Positions 1-12,504 are shown, counted from the stretch's first letter. The stretch: 64,000 bases of DNA from Eledone cirrhosa (GCA_964016885.1 OZ024751.1:46314001-46378000); one strand, 5' to 3'. A program made the numbers and translations. The notes: generated by a model from the letters alone, not told the origin.

Positions 1-8
1 CACTTACC

Positions 9-303
9 GAGAGAAAGAGAGAGTGGGAGGGAGAAATTGATAGATAGGTAGATAGATAGATAGATAAATAGACAGGGAGAGTGAGAGGGAGAGATAGACA
101 GAGCGAGAGAGAGTGAACGGGAGAGATACACAGAGAAAGGCAGAGATAGAGAGGGAAAGCGAGAGTGAGACGGAGAGAGACAGACAGACAGAAAGAAAAA
201 AAGAACGAGAAAGAGAGCGAGAAAGAGAGAGGGAGAGAAAGACAGACAGAAAGAGAGAGAAAGAGAAAGAGAAAGAGAGAGGTATACAAAACGAAAGAAA
301 AAA
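9..303. repeat. GA-rich low-complexity/(AG)n-(AGAT)n simple repeat
   Basis: Purine-only gaga/agat/agac runs; the ORFs at 113 and 165 are E/R/K artefacts. Confidence 0.9.
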
Positions 304-564
304 AAGCTCTCAACAAGTTTTGTAGATTCTATTCGTTTGAGTATAAACAAATAACTCGATATCGCATAAGTTGCAGTATAACAGGTGGAAATACACATTG
401 ATTCGTTCAGAAGCAAGACTGATTGTATTGGCTGATACAATTAAATAACTGATATCTATGTTATATAAATACTTAATTATGGTTGTCAACGAAGATGCTG
501 AAGTTTGCTCCAGTTTTTCTCACACCCTTTTAATCTATTGAAGTCGTAAAATGTGTGAGAGAGT

Positions 565-770
565 CCGGGATTCAACCGGGGGTAACCACAGTGAGTAAGG
601 TACTCAATACATTAGTATTGTATACATTAGAGTGTATACAACAAAATTTAATACAGAAATGGTTTCTACAGGACTAGAACTACAGGACTAGAACAGGAAG
701 GCCCTGATGATTTCCTTCGAATGAAGCAATTCTTCTAGTCTTGTAGAAGCTATTTCTATATTAGATTTTG

Positions 771-772
<2 letters not shown>
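565..772. mobile_element. PLE terminal fragment with partial fold-back and degenerate hammerhead
   Basis: 565-693 is the reverse complement of the family seen at 5897-6000. ttctacaggactagaa pairs with ttctagtcttgtagaa; CTGATGA at ~705; abuts (TA)n. Confidence 0.5.

Positions 773-861
<89 letters not shown>
772..861. repeat. (TA)n microsatellite (one of many; others at ~3725, 6010, 10045, 10480, 13143-13362, 14071, 14467, 15055, 15594, 16193-16562, 18028-18326, 18775-19154, 19490)
   Basis: Direct reading; source of all the YIYIYI ORFs. Confidence 0.95.
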
Positions 862-863
<2 letters not shown>

Positions 864-3721
864 TTTTGAATTTTCCGTTGAAAATTGAAAAAGTCATAGG
901 AGTGAAGAGTGCTCTATGTAAGTACCAGAGCAAAATTTAATGTATAATAAACAATACAATATAATTACCTCATTACCAGAGGTTTCCCGAATAAGACGAA
1001 TACGAAAAACGTCCTCATTCGTTCATCGGACAAGGCAATTTAAAACATAGTGAAATATTTAAAAAGTCTCCTCAAGAAAGGCAAGAGTTTAACGGGCAAA
1101 AAATATATAAATAAAAGTAATGCAAGAGATATATAAAAAAATAAGGAAATATAGTTAGGGTATGTGTATATGTATGTATATACACTCACAAATGTACATA
1201 TGTGTGGATGTACAAATGCATGTGTATGGTGAAAATGTGTGCGTAAGTACAAATACGTATATAATATGAGTTGAAAAAGAAAGTGTAAGATATTATGGTT
1301 AACACGCATCCAGATACAGGTATTAAATACACATACGACTATGAAAGCACGCGTATAAACACACACACACCCGCGGCCACTTATATGCGGAAGATAAAGA
1401 GGGAAGGGAGTGCAATAGTAAAAAGAAGTGTCATTCTTGATATATGTATAAAATTGAAACAATATATGAGAATGAAAAAAAAATTTTAAATCAAAGAGAA
1501 AGTAATCAATTAACACTAGAAAAAAGAAAACAAACATAGGTACGCACGTACACACACATATATATATATAAATATTTATACACACAAATACGTACAGACA
1601 AAAGCGCATCCATGCGCACATACATACACACGAGGCACGTATATATATATATCGCCCCATGTATATCTAATCACACGTACGTACGCGACTATACATATAT
1701 ATATATACATATACACACACACCCATACATATGTATACATATGCACACATATACATACACATACACATACATTCACCCGCATACACACACACACGTATAA
1801 ATAAGTATGTAAAAAAACTAGATATAAAAACACACATACACACACATATATATACGTACGCACGCACACATACGGAGGCGTTCGTATACATATACAGAAC
1901 GTATACACACATATGCACACTCACACGCATAGATACAGATTATAAACCAGCCGTATGCATAAATGAGTACAAATATAAAATCGGCTGCGAAACAACAGAA
2001 TAAATCTGGAGTGGAAAACGCAAGTGACATGTAGTATCAGGTAGTGAAAGAAAATGGGAAAGTAACATGTGGAACGTGAATATATTAGGTAAGTGAATCG
2101 AAAAGTAGGGGGGGAGGCGGGGGTTACTGGTGGATGTGAAGTAAAAATAAAAATAAAATTAAAAATAAAGTTAAAAATGAAAGTAAATCAGAAAGACAAG
2201 TCTGTAAAGAGGATAATTTAAGGAAAATGAAGAATAAGAGTTTATGGAGGATAAGTATCTGAAAGTAAGTTAAGTTTATATGAGCTGGAAAGCAAGTGTG
2301 ATTTCATGTGAGGGCAACTGGTGAAAATTTCTATTTTTGCATTTAGGCAGGTTTTTGGTGATTTAAGGTTCTGTAAAATCCATTATTTTTCACATATGCA
2401 GAGTGTGCATCTTCTTGTTCCTTTTGCATATTCTTTAGATTGGTTCAAAATTGACCAATCCAATTTATATTGGATACCTTGGTCTTTCAAATCCCATATT
2501 CTGCTAGCCAGAGCTGTTGTGAATCTTTTTTCTGGATGTCGGAAAGTACCCCCCCACCCTACTTTTCGATTCACTTACCTAATATCTTCACATTCCACAT
2601 TTTACTTTCCCATTTTCTTTCACTACCTGATATTACATGTCACTTGCGTTTTCCACTCCAGATTTATTCTGTTGTTTCGCAGCCGATTTTATATTTGTAC
2701 TCATTTATTCATACGGCTGTGTTTATAATCTGTATCTATGCGTGTGAGTGTGCATATGTGTGTATACGTTCTGTATATGTATGTTTTTATATCTAGGTTT
2801 TTTTATATCTATCTTTTTTACATACTTATTTATACGTGTGTGTGTATGCGGGTGAATGTATGTGTATGTGTATGTATATGTGTGTATATGTATACGTATG
2901 TATGGGTGTGTGTGTATATATGTATATATATGTATAGTCGCGTACGTACGTGTGATTAGATATACATGTGGCGATATATATATATACGTGCCTCGTGTGT
3001 ATGTATGTGCGCATGCATGCACTTTTGTCTGTACGTATTTGTGTGTATAAATATTTTTATATATATATGTGTGTGTACGTGCGTACCTATGTTTGTTTTC
3101 TTTTTTCTAGTGTTAATTGATTACTTTCTCTTTGATTTAAAACATTTTTTTCATTCTCATATATTGTTTCATTTTTATACATATATCGAGAATGACACTT
3201 CTTTTTACTATTACACTCTCTTCCCTCTTTATCTTCCGCATATAAGTGGCCGCGCGTGTGTGTGTGTTTATACGCGTGCTTTCATACTCGTATGTGTATT
3301 TAATACCTGTATCTGGATGCGTGTTAACCATAATATCTTACACTTTCTTTTTCAACTCATATTATATACGTATTTGTGGTCACATATACACAAATATACT
3401 TGCCCTCATATATGTACTTACGCACACATTTTCAACATACACATGCATTTGTACATACACACATATGTACATTTGTGAGTGTATATACATGCATATACAC
3501 ACACCCTAACTATATTTCCTTATTTTTTTATATATCTCTTGCATTACTTTTATTTATATATTTTTTGCCCGTTAAACTCTTGCCTTTCTGAGGAGACTTT
3601 TCAAATATTTCACTATGTTCTAAATTGCTTTGTCCGACGAACGAATGAGGACGTTTTTCGTATTCGTCTTATTCGGGAAACCTCTGGTAATGAGGTAATT
3701 ATATTGTATTGTTTATTATAC

Positions 3722-3725
<4 letters not shown>
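862..3725 (-). mobile_element. 5'-truncated Penelope-like element: GIY-YIG C-terminal remnant plus long 3' UTR, with ~1.15 kb inverted copy of the 3' end at its 5' side
   Basis: 940-2112 and 2550-3725 are inverted repeats. Between them the minus strand encodes FRHPEKRFTTALASRIWDLKDQGIQYKLDWSILNQSKEYAKGTRRCTLCICEK*WIL..CLNAKIEIFTSCPH. Both ends lie in (TA)n. Confidence 0.85.
2248..2545 (-). pseudogene. PLE GIY-YIG endonuclease C-terminal fragment (in-frame stop at 2383)
   Basis: T.LA..IW.LK....Y.L.W.IL.....Y.....RC.LC..EK....LN...E....C.H pattern typical of PLE endonuclease tails. Confidence 0.8.
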
Positions 3726-3774
<49 letters not shown>

Positions 3775-3980
3775 ATAATAATAAATTTGAAGACTAAAAT
3801 CCAAAGAGGGCTCGATAAGGATAAATATATATCAAACATATAAGAACCGTAGAGCAAATATTTATTAAAATAACAGATTAAAGTTTAAGCAAAGAATCGC
3901 TGCTTTCACCCTTAACGGGATCTTCTGAAACTAACAAAGTCAATCTGTAAACGCAGAAGTAGATATTTGAAAAAACGGAG

Positions 3981-4686
3981 GTGGCCACACCATTAGCTAA
4001 GAACTTTCTTTCCCTTATTACGAAGCATTTTCCCCCTACAGATATATAGTAAAATATAGTAAATATAGTAAAATTTTTAATAGAAATACTATTAACATTT
4101 CTTACTCTACGACTCTTAACCTTGCACATAACATCACAGCTTCTAATTTAGCTAAACTACCTAGCCGTAGGAACACGTGCAACCCTGTAGTTAGTACTAA
4201 CTGTAATTGTAGGAATCGGGTTGATTGCCCCCTATCCGGGAAATGCCTCTCTAGTAATGTAATGTCTACAAACTCTCTAGTAATGTAATGTCTACAATAA
4301 TGTAATGTCTACAAATGTAAGGTTGAAACACCCACGTCCCGTAGGGCCTACATAGGGTTAACCGCCAATAGATTCAAGCAGCGTCTTTACATGCATACCC
4401 ATTCTTTCGTTACCCTCTAAGAAGGAATATGGCGTCACTTTCAGCTTATATCTGGAGTCTAAAAGACAACCACACCCAATATAAGTTACACTGGGAGATC
4501 TTAGCTAGGGCTAGATCGTATAACGGAAATAAAAGACCATGTGACCTCTGCGCCGCCGAGGCCCTGGAAATACTCTACGCCACAGACCACATCTTAAACA
4601 AAAAATCTGAGGCAATTTCGGCTTGTAAACATAAATTGCACAAAACTTTCCTGTATTACAGCCCCACGTTATACCCTAACGGATAG
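3981..4686 (+). pseudogene. PLE RT-linker + Cys-rich + GIY-YIG endonuclease remnant, frameshifted
   Basis: VATPLAKNFLSLITKHFPP..SKIFNRNTINISYS..CNCRNRVDCPLSGKCLSSNV..YKCKV..AYIGLTANRFKQRLYMH..LSAYIWSLKD..WEILARA..CDLCAAE..LNKKSEAISACKH. Broken by short tandem duplications at ~4045-4075 and ~4247-4315. Confidence 0.85.
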
Positions 4687-5276
4687 TACGATCTATACGT
4701 GGATATTTTACGTCTTGATGTGGTAGCTAAGTATATATTTTGTTTATACCATTACTTATTTGCATAGGTAAGTATATATTACCTGTATGTTTTGTGAAGG
4801 TACGTATACCTTCTCGTCGGTATATTTGATTGTATATGTTATGGCGTATAATTTTATATTTTCTGGTACATATGGTTTGGTTATGTGTATACGAGTGTTT
4901 TGCGTCTGTGTGAGTATGCAGGTTCGTACGTATGTAGGGTGTGTGTATATGTGTACTTCATGTTTTGGTTGACTTACGTCTCCGAACATTTGTGTATTTA
5001 CATATAGGCATGTGTGTGCGCTTGTTATATACGTATTTATTTATTTATATACGTTTATTTAATTATTTATTTATTTGTATACACGCATACACACACACAC
5101 ATATTTATATGTGCGTGGTTTTGTATACCTATGGTAAGTGTTTTCGCGTATGCTTGTGTATGTACGTATTTGTATGCGTGTATGTATTTATTTAATTTCT
5201 ATTATCTCTGTATTGTATTTATTTACTTTGTTCTTAACTCTGAAGCGGAGATTCATTCGGTCTCCTAGTTAGAATT

Positions 5277-5546
5277 TTAGTCTACGACTTCTGCTATACC
5301 ATTTACGTGGTTTTGTCTTTGCGTGCAATTGTTCTCCACGCTCCACATATGACGTATTATCTTCGTTTTTTTCGTTCATTGCCAGAGAACGTCTCTATGA
5401 ACCACCTAAGAGAACATTAGTCTACGACCTCTTTTATACCATAAACGTGGTTCTGTCTTTGCGCGTAATTGTTTTTCACCGCTCCTATTAATGACGTATT
5501 ATATTCGTTTTTTCCCGTTCTTTGACAGGGAACGTTTCTGCGAACC
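5277..5546 (+). repeat. Diverged ~140-bp tandem duplication within PLE 3' UTR
   Basis: ttagtctacgac...gaacgt..t..gaacca occurs twice, at 5277 and 5417. Confidence 0.75.
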
Positions 5547-6007
5547 AAAGTATCGTCTTCCTGTCTTCCTCCGGTTGCAACGTTTTTTGAAATATCCGCT
5601 TCTGCGTTTACAGATTAACTTTGTTAGTTTCAGAAGATCCCGTTAAGGGTGAAAGCAGCGATTCTTTGCTTAAACTTTAATCTGTTATTTTAATAAATAT
5701 ATATATATAGCACCCCAAACACTTAAATTGGGTTTATATTTTAATATAACCTAATGTTTGTTGAGTGAGATGGTTACCAGTCAGAGTTTAGCTTTAAACT
5801 ATCTCTGTTATTGTATTAAATATTTACTCTTGATTGGCCAGAGGTGTTTATTTCCAGGTACCTTATGAATTTGACTTTCCGTATTTATTAAAGTATGAAA
5901 CAGTTCTAGTCCTGTAGAATCTCATCTATATTAAAACTTTTATACTCCGCTTTGTATTGAGTACCTTACTTACTGTGGTTACCTCCGATTGAACCCGGAA
6001 TAACTTA

Positions 6008-6056
<49 letters not shown>

Positions 6057-6369
6057 TATCAATAATGTTTCTCAATACAAAGTTCCATAAACTTCAGTTC
6101 AGAACATCGATCATATAAGGATATATCAATTGAGAAACAGCTTGTATTTAATACAGAACAAATATGTAAATAAAAATACATACTTCAAGATGTTAGAATG
6201 GCCTATAATTCCATAAACACATCTTTTTCTAGATCTAAGGTCTTGGAAGGCTTCTTACCTAAATCGACAATTGGTGATTGGTACTAATTACTGATATCGA
6301 AGGTTTACATTCTATCTTCTTTTTTTTTAGTTTCTAGAAACAGATCTGTCTATGCGTATAAGACGAGAT

Positions 6370-9300
6370 GAAACTTTATTGTGTTGTATCAGATGAAAGA
6401 ATGGTATTTAACTAATGTATTGGTACGCGATGGGGCCCACCCACAGCCCCGGCGGACAGAATGGAGAAAGCGTTTCCTCGGAGGACGGCAAGGGAGACGC
6501 GCTGGAAAAGCCACTCGCGGGGCTCACACCTGCAGCTGGCCAGCTCAGCGCCTATGGTGGTGAGTAAGGAGGTAGCCCTGGGGCCGAGGACACCAGAAGT
6601 CTCCACTGCCAGGGGTACGATCGCAAACCTGTCGGAGAGCGACCGGTATTTGAGGAGTTTGGCCCCCTCAGCCCGACGTGCACAGAACCTGGGTCAGTTG
6701 CAGACTGCACCAGGTTGCGGCTGCAGAAAGTGTCGGTGCAAGTGGCATCCCAGACGAGGGGTTTGCCACCGTGGAACGGGAAGATGGTCATGCCATCTGG
6801 CCTTTTGCCGTCCCCTCGATCCAGCCCCACCGGCTCGAGCTGGGAAGGGAAGCTTGCAGCGTCCAAGCCATGCTTAATGACCTCGTTGAGGGCAGCATGG
6901 CGTGGAATGCAGCCGGCACTGTGGCGACAGGAAAGCATGTGGAGGCCGAAAGAGTCCACGGTGGAACCGCAGCGACATTGGTGTGGCTGGCAGATCCGGA
7001 GGCCTAGCCTCAGGGAAACGCCGATTCGCCGGCTATGGTTGTCTAGCAGCGTGCCAGTGGAGAAGGAGGGCAGAGCATGGAGCCAGGCACCACTGTGGGG
7101 TTTGGAGGCCGCACGAAAACAAGAAAGGCGGTGCTGGTCGAGCTGGCGCGTGAGCCTGTCTGAGGTCAGGCTGCACTGGATGGCATCCCAAGTGCGTTGG
7201 GGGGACTTGACGTCAACAGGGGGAGAAGGAGGAAGGACGTCTACTGGGCTAAGTCCCAGCCGGTCCCACGTCTCACAGGTGGCCTCACGTTCTCTGAACA
7301 CAGAGGGTTCTGTTGTGTTTTGAAGAACCCTGCTGACGAGGATGCGGCACGAGGTTACCGACGAAAGATACGCCGGCAAAGCTAGTGAGATCGGGGACCG
7401 GAGGCCTAGGCCGTCATACCTGACCGGTAAGTTGGCCTGTTGCCACCCTATGTCGTCAAACTTGACGTTGCATATCCCCTCGGCTGCTGCTCGGATACAA
7501 GTATCGAGGTCAGCGAGGAGAGATGTCTGGGTGTAGCATGGAGCGCTGCGGAGTGTATAGAGGAGCTTCGGCATGGCGAAGCAGTTCCTCAGCAGAAAGA
7601 GAGCTGGGTAGCCGTCAATCAAGCCCAGTTGGCTCGTGAGAGTCTGGAGCTGTTGAAGCCTGGACCTGATGGTGGAGCGGATGGCCGGCGGGTGGATCGG
7701 TGACCCGAGGATGAGGACATCCTCTTTGGGAGTCACCTGAACCTGGCAGAGAATGGACCGCACGTCCAAGACGGAGGCTGCAAAGCTCGCAGCATCGAGG
7801 CTGACATTCACCACCTCCGACTTGGCCGAGTTGACTTGGAGGCCGATTCCCGCCAGGGCAGGAATCACCGATTGAAGGTCTTGGCAGACCGTCCGTACGG
7901 GCTCGCCCAACGTAGCATCATCCAGATACCAAACGTTGAGAGGGGCCGTGATACTCTGGGCGATGTGGTCAATACCAAGGGCCAACAGGAGGGGTCCCAA
8001 AGGGTCGCCCTGTTGGACCCCAGTAGCCGAAGGTATGACCGTATCAGCAGCTAGGAGCATGCTCGGGGCTCCATATGACAGGTAGGCCAGCGGGTAGGCA
8101 GAGGGGGCTCGGCTGAGGCAGGCCTCGAGCAGATGATCCCGGCGTAAAAAGTTAAAGGCATTCCTCATGTCAAGCTTGACAATGAGGTGCCTGGAGTCCC
8201 TGGATACCGGTACCGATGGGCAGCTGCTGAAGAACTGCCTGATTGCACGAGCGGCTCCCTCACAGCCACCGGACACGCCGACACCCAGTTGCACCGGACT
8301 AAACTCCTCACCCAGTTCGTGTGTGACGGACTTGCAGATCACCTTGGCAGCCAGCCTCCGGAAGACATTGCCCACAGCAATGGGGCGTATGCCATCCTCT
8401 TTCTTCCTGAGAGTGGTGAGGCTGGCCGAAAAAAAGAGGCCTCGGGCGTAAGGTTCGAGGGCACCATGAATGAGCCTATTGGTGAGCGCCACAATTGCAC
8501 TCAGAAGGCGGCGCCCGGCGACAGTGGAGAGGGGGGATGTCAACTCCTTGAGGTGGCCTGGTCGGAGACCATCAACACCTCCGCAGCTGCTAACTGGGAA
8601 GGACCTGATGGCGGACATGATATCTGCATCAGTAGCCACAAGGAGCAGGTGGGGGTCGGGTGGGGGTATGGGTCTGAGATCAGTGGGTGGCTCAGGGTGT
8701 TTGAGCCGCAGAGTAGCCAGGATCTCCTCGGTGGGTTGGAGGACAGTGTCCTCTGAGGCAACAACTCTGACTGCGGCCGAGACATCACCCATGATAAGCT
8801 TTGCGTTTACCTGGTCACGCAAACGCTTGGCGCTTGGCCTCGGGCGTGGAGGATAGGGGGTACCTGAGGGTGGGGTGTGTGGCGTCCCTGGGCACGCTTG
8901 GAATGGGCGCTCGCCCAAATGACGAGACATTGGCCTTGACGAAGGCTGCTGTTGACCGGCCGCCCCAGTCAGCGCCAGAGCTGGGGAGGCGAGGGCGAGT
9001 GGGGCGAAATAGAACAGCCGCTCCCAGTCACTGGCTCGATTGGAGTCCAGGGCGCTCTCAATCGAGGAAGCGAGGGCATTGGCTACCGGCACCCGTGCCG
9101 CTCTCGGGATCGTGAGTGGGATCTTCCGGAGTCGCCTGAGCCGAGCGATGTTGACCAGCGAGGCTCGGGCGTCAGGCAAGCTCGCTGTCCCATCTGGTGG
9201 TGTGCCAGACGGCTGTGGCTGGGAAGACGTGGGGAAGAGGCAACTCCTGCACCTCCACACTGCGAGGGCATTGGAAGCTCGACGAGTCAAGCCAACGCAG

Positions 9301-9700
9301 GTGAGGTGGTGGAAGCAGCCGCACCCAAACAGTTCCGGCCCCTCTTACGTTTGTTAGTGGTGCCGCAAGTGCTGCAGGTGTCGATTTGGAGGGGCGGGGG
9401 ATGGGGCGTGGGGCCGGGGACTGGGGCACCGAGCGGCATCAGGGGTGGGTGGCTGGTGTGTGTGGGTGGAAGGGAAAGTGCTGGTAAGAGGGCAGCATAG
9501 CTCACCTATATATATGGAGGTGCCAGAAAACGAGAGCGAAAAGGGGCTGCATGGAGGGGGAGACACAGGAAGGTAGAATGGCAGTAAATGAATGAGTGAA
9601 TGGATGGATGTACACAAAAAAAGAGGGGGGGGGGGAGAAAAAAAGGTGTTGTTCCCAGCGGAAAGATCCAGAGTTCAGCACGCACACATGCGAGCAACTG
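6370..9700 (-). mobile_element. CRE-clade-like non-LTR retrotransposon (RT + restriction-like endonuclease), near full length
   Basis: GC-rich island in AT-rich DNA; one long ORF with two frameshifts; AATAAA on the minus strand at ~6375-6380. 5' boundary approximate. Confidence 0.85.
6412..9439 (-). pseudogene. PHD-like finger - reverse transcriptase - CCHC zinc finger - PD-(D/E)xK RLE endonuclease polyprotein; frameshifts at ~9322 and ~6680
   Basis: RT motifs IRPIAVG, QLGVGVSGGCE, KLDMRNAFN, GVQQGDPLGP, WYLDD. CRCGSTVDSFGLHMLSC..RH; KRPDG..WDATC.DT. The shifted frame continues AEGAKLLKY..PLAVETSG..QRVSLAVLRGNA. Confidence 0.88.
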
Positions 9701-9982
9701 AGCAGTTTGTCATAGACGATATTCTCAATGGACGCGCACACAATATTTGAATATAACTGAACCGTCGTGTCATTTAATTTGAAAAGTGGAGCAAAGTAAA
9801 AGGAGAAAAGTGAATTTTGAGTGTCAATCCCTTGTGATTTTTTTTTTAACATCTTGAAGTATGTATTTTTATTTAAATATTCTTTGTTCTGTATATATGT
9901 ACAAATACAAGCTGTTGCTCAGTTGGTATATCCTGTTATATATTGTTTTAAAAAAATGTGTGTGTGTGTATATATATATATT

Positions 9983-10041
9983 TACTCTTTTACTCTTTTA
10001 CCTGTTCCAGCCATCCGGCTGAGGCCATGCTGGGGCACCGC

Positions 10042-10044
<3 letters not shown>
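9983..10044 (-). mobile_element. SINE 3' tail fragment (GGCGGTGCCCCAGCATGGCC...GTAAAAGAGTAAAAGAGTA); related pieces at 11925-12020 (+) and 30705-30790 (-)
   Basis: Recurrent motif with tandem tail repeat; resembles octopus SINE ends from memory. Confidence 0.6.
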
Positions 10045-10087
<43 letters not shown>

Positions 10088-10089
<2 letters not shown>

Positions 10090-10477
10090 AAGGCGGGTAA
10101 AATTCCCGAGATCCATGGACGAGTTCTCTCCAGCGGTCTCTGTCCCTCATTATCGCTGCCATGTCCTGCGTCTCCAACAGACCAGTGTCTGTCCTTAGGG
10201 CATCAACATACGTTAACCTTGGTCTTCCTCTTCTAGTGTGTCCATGTAGGGGCTCCCAAAGGAGCACTGAGTGGGTCTGAGACTTGGACACTGACCAAGA
10301 AACTCACTCAGATGGTGGATGGGTGCTACACGAGAATGCTGAGGATGGCTCTGAACATTAATCAGTATACACTGAGGATGAAAAACTCAGAGCTGTATGG
10401 GAGCATCCCAAAAGTCAGCTCAAAAGTGACACAGAGGAGACTGAGGTTAGCTGGACATGCTCACTGACATCCAGAGT

Positions 10478-10479
<2 letters not shown>
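10088..10479 (-). mobile_element. RTE-clade LINE 3' fragment with 5' inversion
   Basis: Minus 10275-10088 encodes HSVLLWEPLHGHTRRGRPRLTYVD..DRDRWR. Plus 10278-10479 encodes the preceding segment ETWTLTKKLTQMVDGCYTRMLRMALNI..RRLRLAGH. Confidence 0.85.
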
Positions 10480-10523
<44 letters not shown>

Positions 10524-10701
10524 TAATAATAATAAATTTGAAGACTAATATCCAAAGAGGGCTCGATAAGGATAAATATATATGAAATATATAAGAACCG
10601 TAGAGCAAAATATTTCTAAACATATAAAATGCATATACAGATGCTAATATCCAAGTAAGTTAAGTTAAATAATATCATATTTACTATATTTGTAAGCACC
10701 A

Positions 10702-10885
10702 TTGGTGGATTGGTAGAGGGTCGGACGCCATGCTTTGACGTATAGAGTTACGGCCCTTTCCATTCTGAGTTCAAATCCCGCCAAGGTTAACTTTGCCTTT
10801 CATCCTTACGAGGTCGATAAAATAAAATACCAGTACTGCACTGGGTAATTGCTGGCCTTGTGCCAAAAGTAGAAACAATTATTAG
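10702..10885 (+). mobile_element. tRNA-derived SINE (~190 bp, B-box GAGTTCAAATCC, (ATT)n tail)
   Basis: Same consensus recurs ~15 times in the window. Confidence 0.85.
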
Positions 10886-11499
10886 TTAATAATATTTATA
10901 ATTTTGAATTTTATAATTAAATTATTGAATGTATTTACTAATTTAAATATGCTCCAGATTATCATTGAAAATATGTTATATTATTCTATATTGTTTTAAT
11001 TTTGATATAATATAATAGTATAATTTCTTTCAAATATTATAGAGTAAAAATTTCACGGTATTTAATTGATCGTTTATACCTAACTTAAAATTTGGAAAAA
11101 AAACGGTCACGCATCATATACCTCTATTCTTCTTTTCCTTATCTAGTTATATTATACCTTCTATATCTCCCTCTCTTCGTTTTTATCTTCATCTCTCTAT
11201 CTTTTCCTTTTCTCCTCTATTTAGCTCTCTCTCTCTCATTTGTTTTTTTCTCTAATACGGATATTTACATATTTAATTATTTAAATATTTAACATTTATA
11301 TACTTATGTGTTTATGTATTTTATTTATCTATTTATGTATTTATTTTTTTCTACACGTTTTCTTACTCACCCTCTCAATTATATGTAGTTTGTCATGTTA
11401 GTACTTATGGTATATAAATATTGAGTTTTGTTATAATTAATCACTGCCAAGACTGGAATTGAACCATCAGCACAGTTGAGGTATGTCAGACATCAATTT

Positions 11500-11571
11500 A
11501 TATATTTTATCTGATGAGGACGTACTGAGGAAACAGCACAGTACCTCCGAAATATATATAATAAAATATAT
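11500..11571 (+). ncRNA. Type I hammerhead ribozyme (PLE-type, minimal stem III)
   Basis: Stem I TATATTTTAT/ATAAAATATA; CTGATGA 11511-11517; stem II GGAcGTACTG..CAGTACcTCC; GAAA 11549-11552; T-ATAT-A-TA stem III/cleavage site. Confidence 0.8.
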
Positions 11572-11609
11572 TTGATTACATGAATGTCTATATTTATTAA
11601 TATTTTGAA

Positions 11610-11652
<43 letters not shown>

Positions 11653-11739
11653 ATAAGTAGGGTACAGCTCAAAAAATAAAAAAAAGAATTCTAAACGGGG
11701 ATTTGAGTACACACACACGCATACACACACACACAAACA

Positions 11740-11803
<64 letters not shown>

Positions 11804-12229
11804 CACAGCCATGCACATCCACATATACAGACACACACACACATATATAAGTGTGTGTGTGTGTGTGTGTGTGTGTGTTTACGCCCTGTAACTTACAGAT
11901 TCGATAAAAAAGACATCGGTAAAATAAGCTGTGGGTATCAATATGATCGACTAAATCAATGCTGTGCACCAGCCTGGCCGCAGTCAAATGACGGAATGTA
12001 GTGCACGAATAAAAGAATAAGATACGAAATGAATACCGAAATAAAAATTGTTTATTTGGTTAGCAATAGATGTTTGGATAGCATTTTACCTTACATGGTA
12101 ACAATTGGCGACATCTGGTGACAGCTGGTCACATCTGGTGATTAAGTGACCTTGACCTGCAATGTCTAGCTGTAAGATTTGAACAATATGTTGCTAGCTT
12201 GTGTGACCTCACCCTTCCAATATCTATAG

Positions 12230-12279
<50 letters not shown>

Positions 12280-12284
12280 CATAC

Positions 12285-12329
<45 letters not shown>

Positions 12330-12331
<2 letters not shown>

Positions 12332-12503
12332 AAAAGTATGACCCCGACGGCAGAGCTCAAGCCGTTTCGACGGCTATTTCTGGACGTCGAAACGGCTTGA
12401 GCTCTGCCGTCGGGGTCATACTTTTTCCTATTTCCCATTCTACTAATTGAGTACTCTGGTGCGTTATGGTCCATCTGGTTCCTTACCACAATTCCTTTGT
12501 TAT
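12330..12503 (+). mobile_element. Short fold-back element (hairpin 12330-12428 plus tail); same family at 19547-19690 (-)
   Basis: ~42-bp inverted arms; contains GAAACGGC..GCCGTC (hammerhead 3' half); between TA tracts. Confidence 0.7.
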
Positions 12504-12504
12504 A

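Larger units (their letters stand above)
3771..5700 (+). mobile_element. Second 5'-truncated Penelope-like element (different family) with inverted 3'-end copy at 3771-3977
   Basis: 3860-3977 is the reverse complement of 5584-5700; coding remnant at 3981-4686; flanked by (TA)n. Confidence 0.85.

Noticed and set aside
5625-5670. Hammerhead in the second PLE 3' UTR (CAGAAGA-TCCCGTTAAGGGT-GAAAG)
   Set aside because: Core reads CAGAAGA in all copies, and no convincing stems I or III were found.
6381-9500. Plus-strand ORFs opposite the retrotransposon
   Set aside because: Antisense shadows of a GC-rich coding region.
9636-9660. Short match between the CRE 5' region and 30260-30345 (gagaaaaaaaggtgtt)
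   Set aside because: Low complexity and too short to support homology.
10702-10785. tRNA genes at SINE heads
   Set aside because: B-box only, no complete cloverleaf, followed by SINE body and tail.
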